From Verrucomicrobiota bacterium (lineage in GTDB: Bacteria; Verrucomicrobiota; Verrucomicrobiia; Chthoniobacterales; Terrimicrobiaceae): 52,664 bases of DNA. The notes under the pieces were generated by a model that saw only the letters and a list, made by a program, of their open reading frames with translations, did not search any database and was not told the origin of the DNA. A program made the position numbers and the translations under genes. Positions 16,773 to 26,297 of the stretch are shown here, one piece after another. Numbering within the stretch: position 1 is the first letter of the stretch; each line of letters starts with the position of its first letter. The DNA is taken from contig VFJO01000179.1 of assembly GCA_009886045.1 (NCBI GenBank), positions 1 to 52,664 on the forward strand. The letters are read 5' to 3'.

Positions 16773-19298
16773 TCAACGCCACTCGTGCTTCGGATACTGA
16801 CGCTGGAGTTGTTGCTTCAACCCCGGATACGTATCTGACCAGAACGACCTGAGGCTCCGCGTCACCTGAACCGGACGGTGGCTCGGGGCAAGGATGTGGA
16901 GAGTGAGGGCGTGCCGACCGAGGGCGATTTTGATGTCGTCCGTGACTCCATAGAAATCTTGGATTCTTGCAGAGAGAAACGGATCCGCCGTCTCGGCGTA
17001 AGTCACCTTCGCTTTGCGACCACCCGGAAGCTCTATGCGCTCAGGGGCGTGCTTTTCCACAAATCTCTGCTGTTCGCCCGTCAGGAGCGACCGGGCGTGA
17101 GGCAATACGGCGGACTCCTTGATATCGCGGTAGCAGACGGCTCCATCGCACACTAAGAGGATGATATGATGACGCTCATCCTCGCCCATAGGGGGGAGAT
17201 TTTGCTCAGGACAAAGACGGGTCAGAAAATTAACACGGTGAATCCATTGGTCCACCGCATCGTCCCAACCATTCAGGCGCAGGTTTCCAGCCAAGACCTG
17301 CTCGGCAAGACAGAGGGAGGCCTCCGCACCGGGCTCGGCATCACGGTCGCGGTTTTCAAGGATCAGATCACGGAAGACTTTGGCGCGCCGCACGACGACA
17401 CGGTTTTGGCTTTTGTCGAAAAACGGTTCAGCTGTCTCTGAGAAGTCTCCTGGAAACATCTCGCGGAGCCATGACTCTTGAATTTCAGTTGCCAAGCTGA
17501 GCAAAACGCGGGCATCGCCATCGCGACCCTCGATTTCAGCAATCTCGGCGGCAACAAGCAAGGAACTCTCCGTGGCCGAACTCTGTCGCGAAAGAAGCCC
17601 TCGGCGGCCGTGGACAATATCGCAAACGAGCGTTCCTGTGCCTCGACGGACTGCAACCTGGTCAGCAAAACCAGCCAGCACGCATCTGGCGATACTCGAA
17701 TCGCTCGCAGGGGTGTCTTCAAGCAGCAGCGCCTCGGAGTGCGCTATATCGAGGAACTGGTCGAAAAGTTTAGCCGCCTGCCGTGCGGAGTCCGAGTGAA
17801 TACCCAGCGTACGGCACTCATTCATTCGAAAGTCCCGCGCACGCGCCCACTCAAAGACACGCATGAGGACAAGAAAATCGGAAGTGCCACCAGCAAAATT
17901 TTCAGCTCGCTCTTCCTCAATTTTTTTATCCACCCTAAGAAGGATCGAGCGGGTTTGTGTGAGGGCGGCGATCAAAGCAGCCGCTCGCACGCAACCCAAC
18001 TCATCGGCGGCAATAAACATGCGAGCGTATCGAGGATGCACCGGAAAGCTGAGCATCCGCCGTCCGACGGGGGTGATTTCTCCCTCGGAATCCAATGCAC
18101 CCAGATCGCGCAGCAGCGTCTCCGCTCGAACAAGGGCTTGGGCCTCGGGAGGCTCAAGCCAACGAAAAGAGCGCAAATCCCCCACCCCGAGGGCCTTCAG
18201 GCTTAAAAGGGTCTCTGAGAGATCGAGGCGTTTGATTTCAGAAAGTTCACGCAAGGGCCTCCGCGCATGGTCGCGCTCAGTCCACAGGCGCACACAAAGC
18301 CCGGGGGCGGTGCGCCCCGCACGACCAGCCCGCTGGGATGCAGATGCCGCGCTGATTTTTTCTATGAGGAGGGTATTGATACCACGATTCGGATCGTATC
18401 GCGCCACGCGCGCTAGGCCGGAGTCGATTACCAACGTGACGCCATCAATCGTAAGCGAGGTTTCTGCAACATTGGTTGAGACAATAATCTTTCGCCCCTG
18501 CGAGGGGTTTACCGCGCGGTCCTGTTCGGCAACCGGGAGTTCGCCATGCAGGGGAAGGATAGCGCATTGGCTTCCGAGGCTGCCCTGAAGATCCCGAATC
18601 GTGCGTTGGATTTCATAGGCCCCAGGCATAAAAACAAGCACATCGCCATCGGTGTTCTCAAAGTGTCTCAGAACGGCATCCGTCGCCGTTTCCCAGATCG
18701 ACTCATCTTTGGGATCATGAGCAATGTGGGCGATCTCGACAGGAAACATGCGCCCTTCGGATGTGAGGATTTCAGAAGGACTCAGATATTCCTGCAACTC
18801 GGCCCCATCGAGGGTTGCCGACATCACAACAATTTTTAAATCCGGGCGCACCGTATCCTGAAGGTCGAGGGCCCGAGCCAGCGTGATGTCGCCATAGAGG
18901 TGGCGCTCATGAAATTCATCGAAGACCAACGTAGAGATGCCACGCAGTTGAGGATCAGCGAGCATTTGCCGGAGAAGGATCCCCTCGGTAACAAAAAGAA
19001 TTCTCGTTTCCTTGGAGGAGACATTGTCGAGACGGATTTGGTATCCGACTTCTCCGCCCAGCCTCGCGCCACGCTCCGAAGCAACACGAGCAGCTAACAT
19101 GCGAGCGGCTAAGCGACGCGGTTGAAGGATCACGCAGCGGCCAGTACCCAGGAGACCACCATCCAAAAGGATCTGAGGAACCTGTGTGGATTTCCCCGAA
19201 CCTGTCGGCGCTTGAAGAATGAGACGATTCCCCCTCCTGAGCGAGGTGACAATTTCCTCATCGAGATCGTAGATGGGCAGGGAAGCGGACATCCACAA
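16773..19298 (-). CDS. hrpB: ATP-dependent RNA helicase HrpB (DEAH-box)
   Basis: It has GSGKST, DEFHERH, SATL and TNVAETSLTI motifs. At 841 aa it includes the HrpB-type C-terminal domain. Confidence 0.9.
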   Translation of the reverse strand: MWMSASLPIYDLDEEIVTSLRRGNRLILQAPTGSGKSTQVPQILLDGGLLGTGRCVILQPRRLAARMLAARVASERGARLGGEVGYQIRLDNVSSKETRILFVTEGILLRQMLADPQLRGISTLVFDEFHERHLYGDITLARALDLQDTVRPDLKIVVMSATLDGAELQEYLSPSEILTSEGRMFPVEIAHIAHDPKDESIWETATDAVLRHFENTDGDVLVFMPGAYEIQRTIRDLQGSLGSQCAILPLHGELPVAEQDRAVNPSQGRKIIVSTNVAETSLTIDGVTLVIDSGLARVARYDPNRGINTLLIEKISAASASQRAGRAGRTAPGLCVRLWTERDHARRPLRELSEIKRLDLSETLLSLKALGVGDLRSFRWLEPPEAQALVRAETLLRDLGALDSEGEITPVGRRMLSFPVHPRYARMFIAADELGCVRAAALIAALTQTRSILLRVDKKIEEERAENFAGGTSDFLVLMRVFEWARARDFRMNECRTLGIHSDSARQAAKLFDQFLDIAHSEALLLEDTPASDSSIARCVLAGFADQVAVRRGTGTLVCDIVHGRRGLLSRQSSATESSLLVAAEIAEIEGRDGDARVLLSLATEIQESWLREMFPGDFSETAEPFFDKSQNRVVVRRAKVFRDLILENRDRDAEPGAEASLCLAEQVLAGNLRLNGWDDAVDQWIHRVNFLTRLCPEQNLPPMGEDERHHIILLVCDGAVCYRDIKESAVLPHARSLLTGEQQRFVEKHAPERIELPGGRKAKVTYAETADPFLSARIQDFYGVTDDIKIALGRHALTLHILAPSHRPVQVTRSLRSFWSDTYPGLKQQLQRQYPKHEWR

Positions 19299-20696
19299 TC
19301 AGGCCTTCATCGCCTTGAATAAATCCAAAGTGATATCACGGGCCACCGAGTGATCCACGATCGGAGTGGGATAGCCTTTTGCGAGCCGAAGGCCAGGGGC
19401 CGGAGGATCTTGGAATTTTGAGGATTCCACGTCACGAAGCTCAGGTATCCAGCGCTTGATGTAGGCGCCATCGGGATCAAACCGTTTGGTTTGGCTCCAA
19501 GGATTTTGAATTCGAAAGTAAGGAGCGGCATCCGCACCAGTGCCCGCACTCCACTGCCAACCCCCATTGTTGCTCGCGATCTCGCCATCTGTGAGAGTCT
19601 GCATGAAGTAGGACTCACCGTGACGCCAATCTAAATGGAGATCCTTTGTCAGAAACATGGCTGCGATCATTCGGGTGCGATTGTGCATGAACCCGGTCTC
19701 GCGAAGCTCGCGCATGGCGGCATCTACGATTGGGAAGCCAGTCTCTCCACTCCTCCAACGTTCGAGATTGGCAATTGCTCCAGGCCAGATCATGCCTCGA
19801 TATTTAGGATTAAATTCCTGACTCAGTACCTCGGGGAAGTTCCAAAGGATCTGCATGTAGAATTCACGCCAGATAAGTTCTGCCACATATTTCATCACGC
19901 TCCCACGGGCATTGGCGTCAGAGGCCTCAGCGCGTTTCAGACACTCTTGGTGAAGCTCTCGAATGGATAGAAGTCCAAACCGCAGATCTTGGGAAAGACG
20001 CGACGTGCCGCCCCCTGCGGGCAGGTCTCGGGTTTCGCCATATCGTGTGATCGCCTGATCCAAGAATGCCCTCATACGCGTTCGCGCCGCCTTTTCCCCA
20101 GCCACTGACACGCCCTCGGCGGTGGGAGGCAAACTCCAAAATGAGTTGTCTGGAATCTGCAAGGATTCGACACCAGACGGTGAAGAGAGGGATTTAATGG
20201 AGCCTGCAAGCGGTAACTTAGGAAGTTTCTCCCATGCCTTTGAGTATGGCGTGAAGACGCGGAATGACTCGCCGGCACCGGTCAAAACCTCTCTCCGCTC
20301 GTGGATGGCAATATCCTTGCAAGGCCTGATGGAAATCCCCAATCGCTCTCCCATTTTTTTGAGCTTCTCCTCCACGGCACGCCCAAAGGGATCCGGATCT
20401 CGGTTGAAAAAAATCGCCTCAGCGGAGGTCTCGACAGCCAACCTCTCGAGTTCGGCCAACGCCTCGCCTTGACGAAGAATCAATCTGGAGCCGATCGCGC
20501 GGAGGTTTCCGTCCAAGGAACGAAGACACCCACAAAGGAAGTGCTGGCGATTAGGTCCTGTCCAACTGTGGAAATTCTTCCAACCGCTGAGAACATAGAC
20601 CGGAGTCACATGCTGCGCGGAGATTGAAGCGGCATGGAGAGCCGTATTGTCCGTGAGGCGAAGGTCACGGCGGAACCAGTGGATGACGTTTTTCAA
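19299..20696 (-). CDS. phrB: Deoxyribodipyrimidine photolyase / cryptochrome family
   Basis: The N-terminus is VIHWFRRDLRLTDNTAL and the C-terminal FAD-binding block is GWQW..G.G.DAAPYFRI.NP. The start is a TTG, with no nearby ATG. Confidence 0.88.
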   Translation of the reverse strand: MKNVIHWFRRDLRLTDNTALHAASISAQHVTPVYVLSGWKNFHSWTGPNRQHFLCGCLRSLDGNLRAIGSRLILRQGEALAELERLAVETSAEAIFFNRDPDPFGRAVEEKLKKMGERLGISIRPCKDIAIHERREVLTGAGESFRVFTPYSKAWEKLPKLPLAGSIKSLSSPSGVESLQIPDNSFWSLPPTAEGVSVAGEKAARTRMRAFLDQAITRYGETRDLPAGGGTSRLSQDLRFGLLSIRELHQECLKRAEASDANARGSVMKYVAELIWREFYMQILWNFPEVLSQEFNPKYRGMIWPGAIANLERWRSGETGFPIVDAAMRELRETGFMHNRTRMIAAMFLTKDLHLDWRHGESYFMQTLTDGEIASNNGGWQWSAGTGADAAPYFRIQNPWSQTKRFDPDGAYIKRWIPELRDVESSKFQDPPAPGLRLAKGYPTPIVDHSVARDITLDLFKAMKA

Positions 20697-20758
20697 GGAG
20701 CGGCGGGATTTTTGGCAGAGACTAACACGCCAAAAGCTAATTGAAATAGAGACTTTGT

Positions 20759-21142
20759 TCAGGCCAAAACGGCAAGTGGCTTTCTCTCAGACTGAAAGAG
20801 CGGCTTTCTGGATTTTGCGTTTTGAGTCATTGCATGAGCAACCCTAGCCGTCTCGGCACTTCTGCTCGTGAGCGTGGCAGCGCGGAAATCCACATCGTCC
20901 AAGCTGCGCTCCTTGGCCAGAAACTGGCGGATATCGCCTGAGACTTTTAATGAGGAGGCAGGGATTTGTTGGGAATCACGAACAGCGGCCTTGAGCGTAA
21001 CCTTTGTGGGTTTAGTTGGGGCTGCCACTTCGTTCGTTTTTTTGATGGCCTCCTGAGTTCTTTGGAAGTTGGCGACATTTGCGTAGCTCGCGCTCACAGA
21101 ACGATGATAGTCGGCTGCGATATTGTTGGTGGATATACTCAT
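20759..21142 (-). CDS. Hypothetical protein (127 aa)
   Basis: This ATG-initiated ORF sits between phrB and actP. It has a low-complexity Ser/Ala/Thr-rich composition and no recognisable motif. Confidence 0.45.
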   Translation of the reverse strand: MSISTNNIAADYHRSVSASYANVANFQRTQEAIKKTNEVAAPTKPTKVTLKAAVRDSQQIPASSLKVSGDIRQFLAKERSLDDVDFRAATLTSRSAETARVAHAMTQNAKSRKPLFQSERKPLAVLA

Positions 21143-21197
21143 CAGGATCTTCGTAAAGTTGTAAAAAACTGCCCTAGGTGCAAGAGATTTTTATCGA

Positions 21198-22781
21198 TCA
21201 GTGTTCGGTGGCTTTTTCCGCACCGAGTCCGGTGTTAGCCCGGACTTGAAGTTCGGTAAATTTCTCTTTTGAGGGAACTTCCTTGGACAGGAGAGTGCCG
21301 AGAATAGCAGCGATAAAACCAATTGGGATACTCACAAGAGCCGGATTCTTAAGCGGAAAAAGGGCATTCTCCTTCATGATGTCGGGACTCACAAGGATGA
21401 GGGCAATACTTGAAACCAAGCCGACAGAGAGTCCGGTCACAGCGCCAGAGGTATTGAAACGCCTCCAGAAAATCGAAAACACAAGCACCGGCAGGTTGGC
21501 ACTTGCGGCTACGGCAAAAGCCAATCCAACGAGAAATGCGACATTCACTCCGGGCCCAAGAAGAATCGCAATCACGATTGCCGCCGCACCCACCACAAAG
21601 GCAGTGATCCTTGCCACGCGCACCTCGGCGCCGGGTTGCTGTTCTTTGCCGTGATGGATGACGTTTGTAAAAAAGTCATGCGCAAAGCTTGTGCTGGCGC
21701 TGATGGTCAACCCCGCCACCACCGCGAGGATTGTCGCAAAGGCCACAGCGCTGATGAAGGCAAAGAAGACCTCACCTCCCAATTTCCGGGCAAGTTCGGG
21801 GGCCGCCATATTTGTTCCGCCGTGGGCCTGCACGTAATCCGGTCCCATGAGGCTGGCTGCGCCAAAGCCAAAGAACGTCGTCATGATATAAAAAAGACCG
21901 ATGATAACCATGGCCCAAACCACACTGGCTCGCGCCGTCTTGGCATCGGGCACCGTATAGAAGCGAATCAAAATATGAGGCAGGCCCGCCGTGCCAAAGA
22001 GAAGAGCCATCCCAAGCGAAATCTGGTCCCATGGGTTTTTAAAAATAAGCCCGGGCGTGAGGAAATCTCTGACCACCTTTTCGCCGTTAGGACCAGTAGA
22101 TGGTATAGCTGCGAGTGATGAAAAGAACTTCCCGATGTCGTACTGGTACTCGCGCATCACTAGAACCGTCAGGAACGCGCTGCCGGTCATCAACAGAACA
22201 GCTTTGATGATTTGCACCCATGTCGTGGCCAGCATCCCGCCAAAGACGACATAGACAACCATCAGCACTCCCACTCCGACCACAGCCATCTCGTAGCTCA
22301 CTCCGGGAATCAACTGCCGCACCAGCACACCGGCGCCCACCATCTGGGCGATCATGTAAAAAATCGAAACTGTGAGAGTGCTCATCGAGGCTGCAGCACG
22401 CACTGGGCGTGGGCTGAGGCGAAACGCCAAAACGTCGGCCATGGTGTATTTCCCGACATTACGCAGTGGCTCGGCGACAACAAAGAGCACGGTGAGGTAA
22501 GCCACTAAAAAACCCACGGAATAGAGAAACCCATCGTAACCGTTCATGGCAATCATGCCTGCGATTCCAAGGAAACTCGCAGCGCTCATGTAGTCGCCAG
22601 CGACAGCAAGTCCGTTTTGCCAGCCCGTAATCCGGCGTCCGGCAGCAAAGTAGGCACTGGCTCCAGTCGAACGCCGAGCGCTAAAATATGTGATCACCAA
22701 AGTCGCCGCAACGAATGCCAGAAACATCCAGAGGGCGGTGTGATCGACAGGAGTGGCGATTGTTGAAATTAGGAAGTTCAT
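21198..22781 (-). CDS. actP: Cation/acetate symporter (sodium:solute symporter family)
   Basis: This multi-TM SSS protein is directly preceded by a DUF485 gene, the classical yjcH-actP pair. The start is taken at the ATG at 22781 (MNFLISTIATP), 1 nt after the yjcH stop. Confidence 0.88.
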   Translation of the reverse strand: MNFLISTIATPVDHTALWMFLAFVAATLVITYFSARRSTGASAYFAAGRRITGWQNGLAVAGDYMSAASFLGIAGMIAMNGYDGFLYSVGFLVAYLTVLFVVAEPLRNVGKYTMADVLAFRLSPRPVRAAASMSTLTVSIFYMIAQMVGAGVLVRQLIPGVSYEMAVVGVGVLMVVYVVFGGMLATTWVQIIKAVLLMTGSAFLTVLVMREYQYDIGKFFSSLAAIPSTGPNGEKVVRDFLTPGLIFKNPWDQISLGMALLFGTAGLPHILIRFYTVPDAKTARASVVWAMVIIGLFYIMTTFFGFGAASLMGPDYVQAHGGTNMAAPELARKLGGEVFFAFISAVAFATILAVVAGLTISASTSFAHDFFTNVIHHGKEQQPGAEVRVARITAFVVGAAAIVIAILLGPGVNVAFLVGLAFAVAASANLPVLVFSIFWRRFNTSGAVTGLSVGLVSSIALILVSPDIMKENALFPLKNPALVSIPIGFIAAILGTLLSKEVPSKEKFTELQVRANTGLGAEKATEH

Positions 22782-22782
22782 G

Positions 22783-23133
22783 TCAGTCTTTCGAGTTGAA
22801 TCCAAATTTCGCCAACAGAGCATGCTCGCGGCGATCCCATCCCGCCGCAGCGACCACGTAAATAAAGGCCAACACCCAAGCCATGAAGAATTGCGAAAGC
22901 GCAAAAAGGTAGGCGATGTTCAGATTTCCCCAGACCTTCTGTTTCATAAAGTCCGGAAACCAACCCACTCCGACCGGCAGGGCAAAATAATAGACAACAA
23001 AAAATATCGTCGCTGGCACGACAAGCTTTAGCTTGCGGCTGACAAGAGCTTTGAAATCGGCATCACGTGCGATGGCGCCCCAATCAGGCTGGGGATGCTC
23101 AGGAGGGGATGAGGGGGTGAGAAGATTGCCCAT
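22783..23133 (-). CDS. yjcH: DUF485 (YjcH-like) inner membrane protein
   Basis: This 116-aa protein has two TM helices and the pattern F..L...k...v.p......v.Yf.f. It lies upstream of and abuts actP. Confidence 0.8.
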   Translation of the reverse strand: MGNLLTPSSPPEHPQPDWGAIARDADFKALVSRKLKLVVPATIFFVVYYFALPVGVGWFPDFMKQKVWGNLNIAYLFALSQFFMAWVLAFIYVVAAAGWDRREHALLAKFGFNSKD

Positions 23134-23251
23134 ATAAGCTCATCTATCCACCTGACACACCGCCTGTCGAGGGCGAAAAACACTTTCGACTCCTTGCAGA
23201 GTCGCGATCCGACGGGCTTGCATCGCCTGCTCACAAACGCGAGCTTAGGGA

Positions 23252-23752
23252 ATGCGCATATTCTTTATTCTTACGGCGTCGCTTCTCTTAACGTCCGCAT
23301 TTGCCCAGACGGCTAAAGGCGACAAGAAGGGGCTTGTTTTTTTAAATGCGACACCGGCCCCCTCGCCATCACCAGAAGCTCCCGGCGAGCCTGAAATGCT
23401 CCTCCAGCGCTTTTTTGAGGCTCTGAAAGCGGATAAACTCGATGCTGCTTACGAGGGGCTTGCAAAAAACACCCTCATCGCCTCCAAGGCAGAGAACCTC
23501 GAACAGCTAAAAAAGCGAACCCGCGAGGCAGTGGATAATTTCGGGCCAGTGAAAGGCTACGAAGTGGTTGAGAGTCTTGAGATCGGCCAATCGCTCTCCC
23601 GCCAGACGTGCATTTCCTTGAACGAGGACCTTCCCCTCCGCTGGCGTTTCTATTTCTACCGCACCGAAGGGAAATGGAAAATCGTAGACCTGCGAGTCGA
23701 TGATGGCATCGTCGAGTTGTTTGACGAAGTGGCGCGAAACCGCAGGAGGTAG
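23252..23752 (+). CDS. Exported hypothetical protein (166 aa)
   Basis: It has a signal peptide (MRIFFILTASLLLTSAFAQ). It lies 27 nt upstream of, and in the same direction as, the YdbH-like gene. Confidence 0.65.
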   Translation: MRIFFILTASLLLTSAFAQTAKGDKKGLVFLNATPAPSPSPEAPGEPEMLLQRFFEALKADKLDAAYEGLAKNTLIASKAENLEQLKKRTREAVDNFGPVKGYEVVESLEIGQSLSRQTCISLNEDLPLRWRFYFYRTEGKWKIVDLRVDDGIVELFDEVARNRRR

Positions 23753-23779
23753 CAAGACGAGGCTCGGGAGCACGCCATT

Positions 23780-25765
23780 TTGAAAAAGCGGTTCCAGATT
23801 TCTAAGCGCACGATTCGCCTTCTGGTTGGTCTGCTTCTTGTAGGCTTCACCCTGGCATGCGCTGGTTTATTTTTCCTCACGCGCGGCCTGACGCCAATCG
23901 CACGTTGGTCGCTCGAAAAACAACTGCCAGGCTCAAAGATCGATGTGCAGGACGTTCGAGTGACCGGCCCAGGAGAAATCTCGTTCACGGATTTTGTTGT
24001 TAACGACCCCGAAACCGGCAAGGAACTCGCGCGTCTTGCCAGGGGTAAGATCGTTTTCTCTCTCGATGATCTTGCCGCTGGCCGCATCGGGGAAATCTAT
24101 CTCGACAATCCGGTGCTGGTCATTTCACCGGGATGGTCTGGCATTCTTCCTCCGGTTTCCACGAAGCCGGACGGGTCAAGCCTCCGCATCCGCCGCATCA
24201 TTTGCGAGTTTGGTGAAGTCCTTTACGATGGATCCAAGGAAAACAAACCCAACGTGCGTGCGAATTTTTGTTTTGATTGGAAGGATTTTCATCAGGACTC
24301 GAATGAACTATTCGAACTCACCCTCTGGGATGTTCAAGCCAAAGACTCAAGATACCAGGACCCTTTTCTTATCCTCGACCTGGTCCGCCTTACGGGCAGC
24401 CCCGCGAAGATGGCGGCAAGCTTCGAACTCGAAAGTTTGAATATCCATGGCGGCTCGATCGCCGTGGGTGAGGCGCTCGAGCAACTCGCTCATATGCCAG
24501 CAGAGCGATCCACCGGCCCCGCATTCATTTGGAAAATTGGGACGCTCGACATACATGACGTCAAGGCGACCCTGGGCAAAAATCCCTGGCGAGCGACGAC
24601 GGATGCAACATTCACGATCAACACGGCACTGCGAAACCTGACGCCAGCAGAGATCACCGACACATTGGGAGCCACTCGCCAAGAACTCGAAATCACGAAC
24701 CTCGTGATCCCCTCGCCTAATAATCCATTTTCGCGGGTACTAACCTTGCGAAGCATTTTCCTCAAATTCACGATCGCCGGCATTCTTGCCAAGGAATTGG
24801 ACGATGTCACGGTACTCAATCCGGTTATTTACATCGGCGAAGATTTGTTTGCCTACATGGACAGCGCAAAAAAACGAATCGCCAATGGCACCGACACACC
24901 CGCTCCGGGTTGGCATATTCGGCGCTTCGATGTGAAGTTTGGAAGCGTAGTGATCGGCGGCGCCGGCGGCACTGAGTACGGCCTCCCACTCAATTTTCGT
25001 ACCACCGCGGAAAACGTATCCCTCGACGATTTAGCGTCGCTCAGACTCCGCGGGAGCCTTGAAATTCCGGCACAGGACTACAGTTTCCCAGACTATCAGA
25101 TCGAACTCTCGACGGAGCCCGGCACCATCCAGTTTTCCTACCCTCCAGACAAAGGCATGAACAACGTTGTCGGCACCGTGCGCATCAAAAGCCTTCGCTG
25201 GCGTCAGTTCCGCGCGAGTAACTCTTGGATTTCAGCGACCTTCGACCGCGAGGGAATCAATGGTTCATTCGGAGGAAAAATCTACGATGGGACAATCGCT
25301 GGGGGCTTCAGCTTTTTCTTTGATGTCGATTCACCTTGGATTGGTTGGCTGAGTGGCACCCGCGTGAATCTTCAGCAATTCACGAAGATTATCGCTCCTG
25401 AGAATTTCCAAATGACCGGTCCGCTCGATTTTGCCGGACAGGTTAACGCCGAGTCGAAATCTATCCGCCGCCTAAAGGGACACCTCGAGACGAAAGCCGT
25501 GGGACGTATGGAGATCGGAAAAATCAACGACCTCCTCGCGCGCATTCCGTCTGATTGGCTGCAGCTCAAACGCGACACCCTGCGAATCGCCCTAGAGGCC
25601 ATGAGAGATTTTCAGTACGACAAAGGCTCAGGTGATTTCTGGTTTACCGATGGGCAAGGAATCTTTGACTTGAAGTTGCAAGGCCCGCTTGGTTCCCGCA
25701 CATTTCAAACCGTACTCCATGCCGATGAATCCGGTCCTAGAGCTTGGAGTCAAAACCCAAAATAA
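23780..25765 (+). CDS. YdbH-like (AsmA-like superfamily) membrane-anchored protein
   Basis: The 661-aa ORF starts at a TTG and has an N-terminal TM anchor. The family assignment rests mainly on the YnbE/YdbL gene immediately downstream with a TAATG overlap. Confidence 0.6.
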   Translation: MKKRFQISKRTIRLLVGLLLVGFTLACAGLFFLTRGLTPIARWSLEKQLPGSKIDVQDVRVTGPGEISFTDFVVNDPETGKELARLARGKIVFSLDDLAAGRIGEIYLDNPVLVISPGWSGILPPVSTKPDGSSLRIRRIICEFGEVLYDGSKENKPNVRANFCFDWKDFHQDSNELFELTLWDVQAKDSRYQDPFLILDLVRLTGSPAKMAASFELESLNIHGGSIAVGEALEQLAHMPAERSTGPAFIWKIGTLDIHDVKATLGKNPWRATTDATFTINTALRNLTPAEITDTLGATRQELEITNLVIPSPNNPFSRVLTLRSIFLKFTIAGILAKELDDVTVLNPVIYIGEDLFAYMDSAKKRIANGTDTPAPGWHIRRFDVKFGSVVIGGAGGTEYGLPLNFRTTAENVSLDDLASLRLRGSLEIPAQDYSFPDYQIELSTEPGTIQFSYPPDKGMNNVVGTVRIKSLRWRQFRASNSWISATFDREGINGSFGGKIYDGTIAGGFSFFFDVDSPWIGWLSGTRVNLQQFTKIIAPENFQMTGPLDFAGQVNAESKSIRRLKGHLETKAVGRMEIGKINDLLARIPSDWLQLKRDTLRIALEAMRDFQYDKGSGDFWFTDGQGIFDLKLQGPLGSRTFQTVLHADESGPRAWSQNPK

Positions 25766-26271
25766 TGAAGAATCCTATCTCCTTGGCTACGACTGCAACT
25801 GCGCTGTTCCTGAGCGCCTGCGCCGGCCCAACGGTCAATCTTGTCACTCCCGAACCGATCAAGGTGGATATTGCCATGAGGCTGGACGTTTACCAACACA
25901 CGAAGGAAACGGCAAAAAAACCTCGCGCCGCTCTCACTACACCTAGCGATCCGATAGAAGCCAGGCGCAACCGCATGGCGGATATCCAGACTTTCAAAAA
26001 CTCCCGGTTGGTTGGCGAAGGCCGCGACGCGCTTCTTTCAATCCGCGTGGATACCCCTGGCGACTATGGCGACTACATCCGCAAGTCGGTGGATGCTGAG
26101 AACACAGACCGGATGCAGCTAATGAAAACAGAGTCCGACCGAGAAAAGATATCCCTACCGCAGGTCCAAACAAAGAAAGCATCCCTTGCCTCCAAGCTCG
26201 CATTCAAAGGCGAGTGGATCGAGCTTGTGAAGGACGACGGATCCGCAGAGTGGATTCAAAAGGAGGAGTGA
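25765..26271 (+). CDS. YnbE-like lipoprotein fused to a YdbL-like (DUF1318) domain
   Basis: The lipobox is LFLSAC. The segment VTPEPIKVDIAMRLDVYQH matches the E. coli YnbE segment KEPITINMNVKIEHE (from memory). The C-terminal half (RLVGEGRDALL..., VDAENTDR..., KGEWIE...DGSAEWIQK) is YdbL-like. Confidence 0.7.
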   Translation: MKNPISLATTATALFLSACAGPTVNLVTPEPIKVDIAMRLDVYQHTKETAKKPRAALTTPSDPIEARRNRMADIQTFKNSRLVGEGRDALLSIRVDTPGDYGDYIRKSVDAENTDRMQLMKTESDREKISLPQVQTKKASLASKLAFKGEWIELVKDDGSAEWIQKEE

Positions 26272-26297
26272 TCCTCCATGGTGATCACAGCCAAATC

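Noticed and set aside
17478-18588. Two ~240-aa plus-strand ORFs antisense to hrpB.
   Set aside because: They have Arg/Ser-rich antisense composition, and hrpB is continuous and motif-complete on the minus strand.
20759-21142. The idea that the 127-aa Ser/Ala/Thr-rich protein is an anti-sigma-28 factor (FlgM).
   Set aside because: I could not align the C-terminal FlgM helix pattern, and no flagellar genes are nearby. I kept it as a hypothetical protein.
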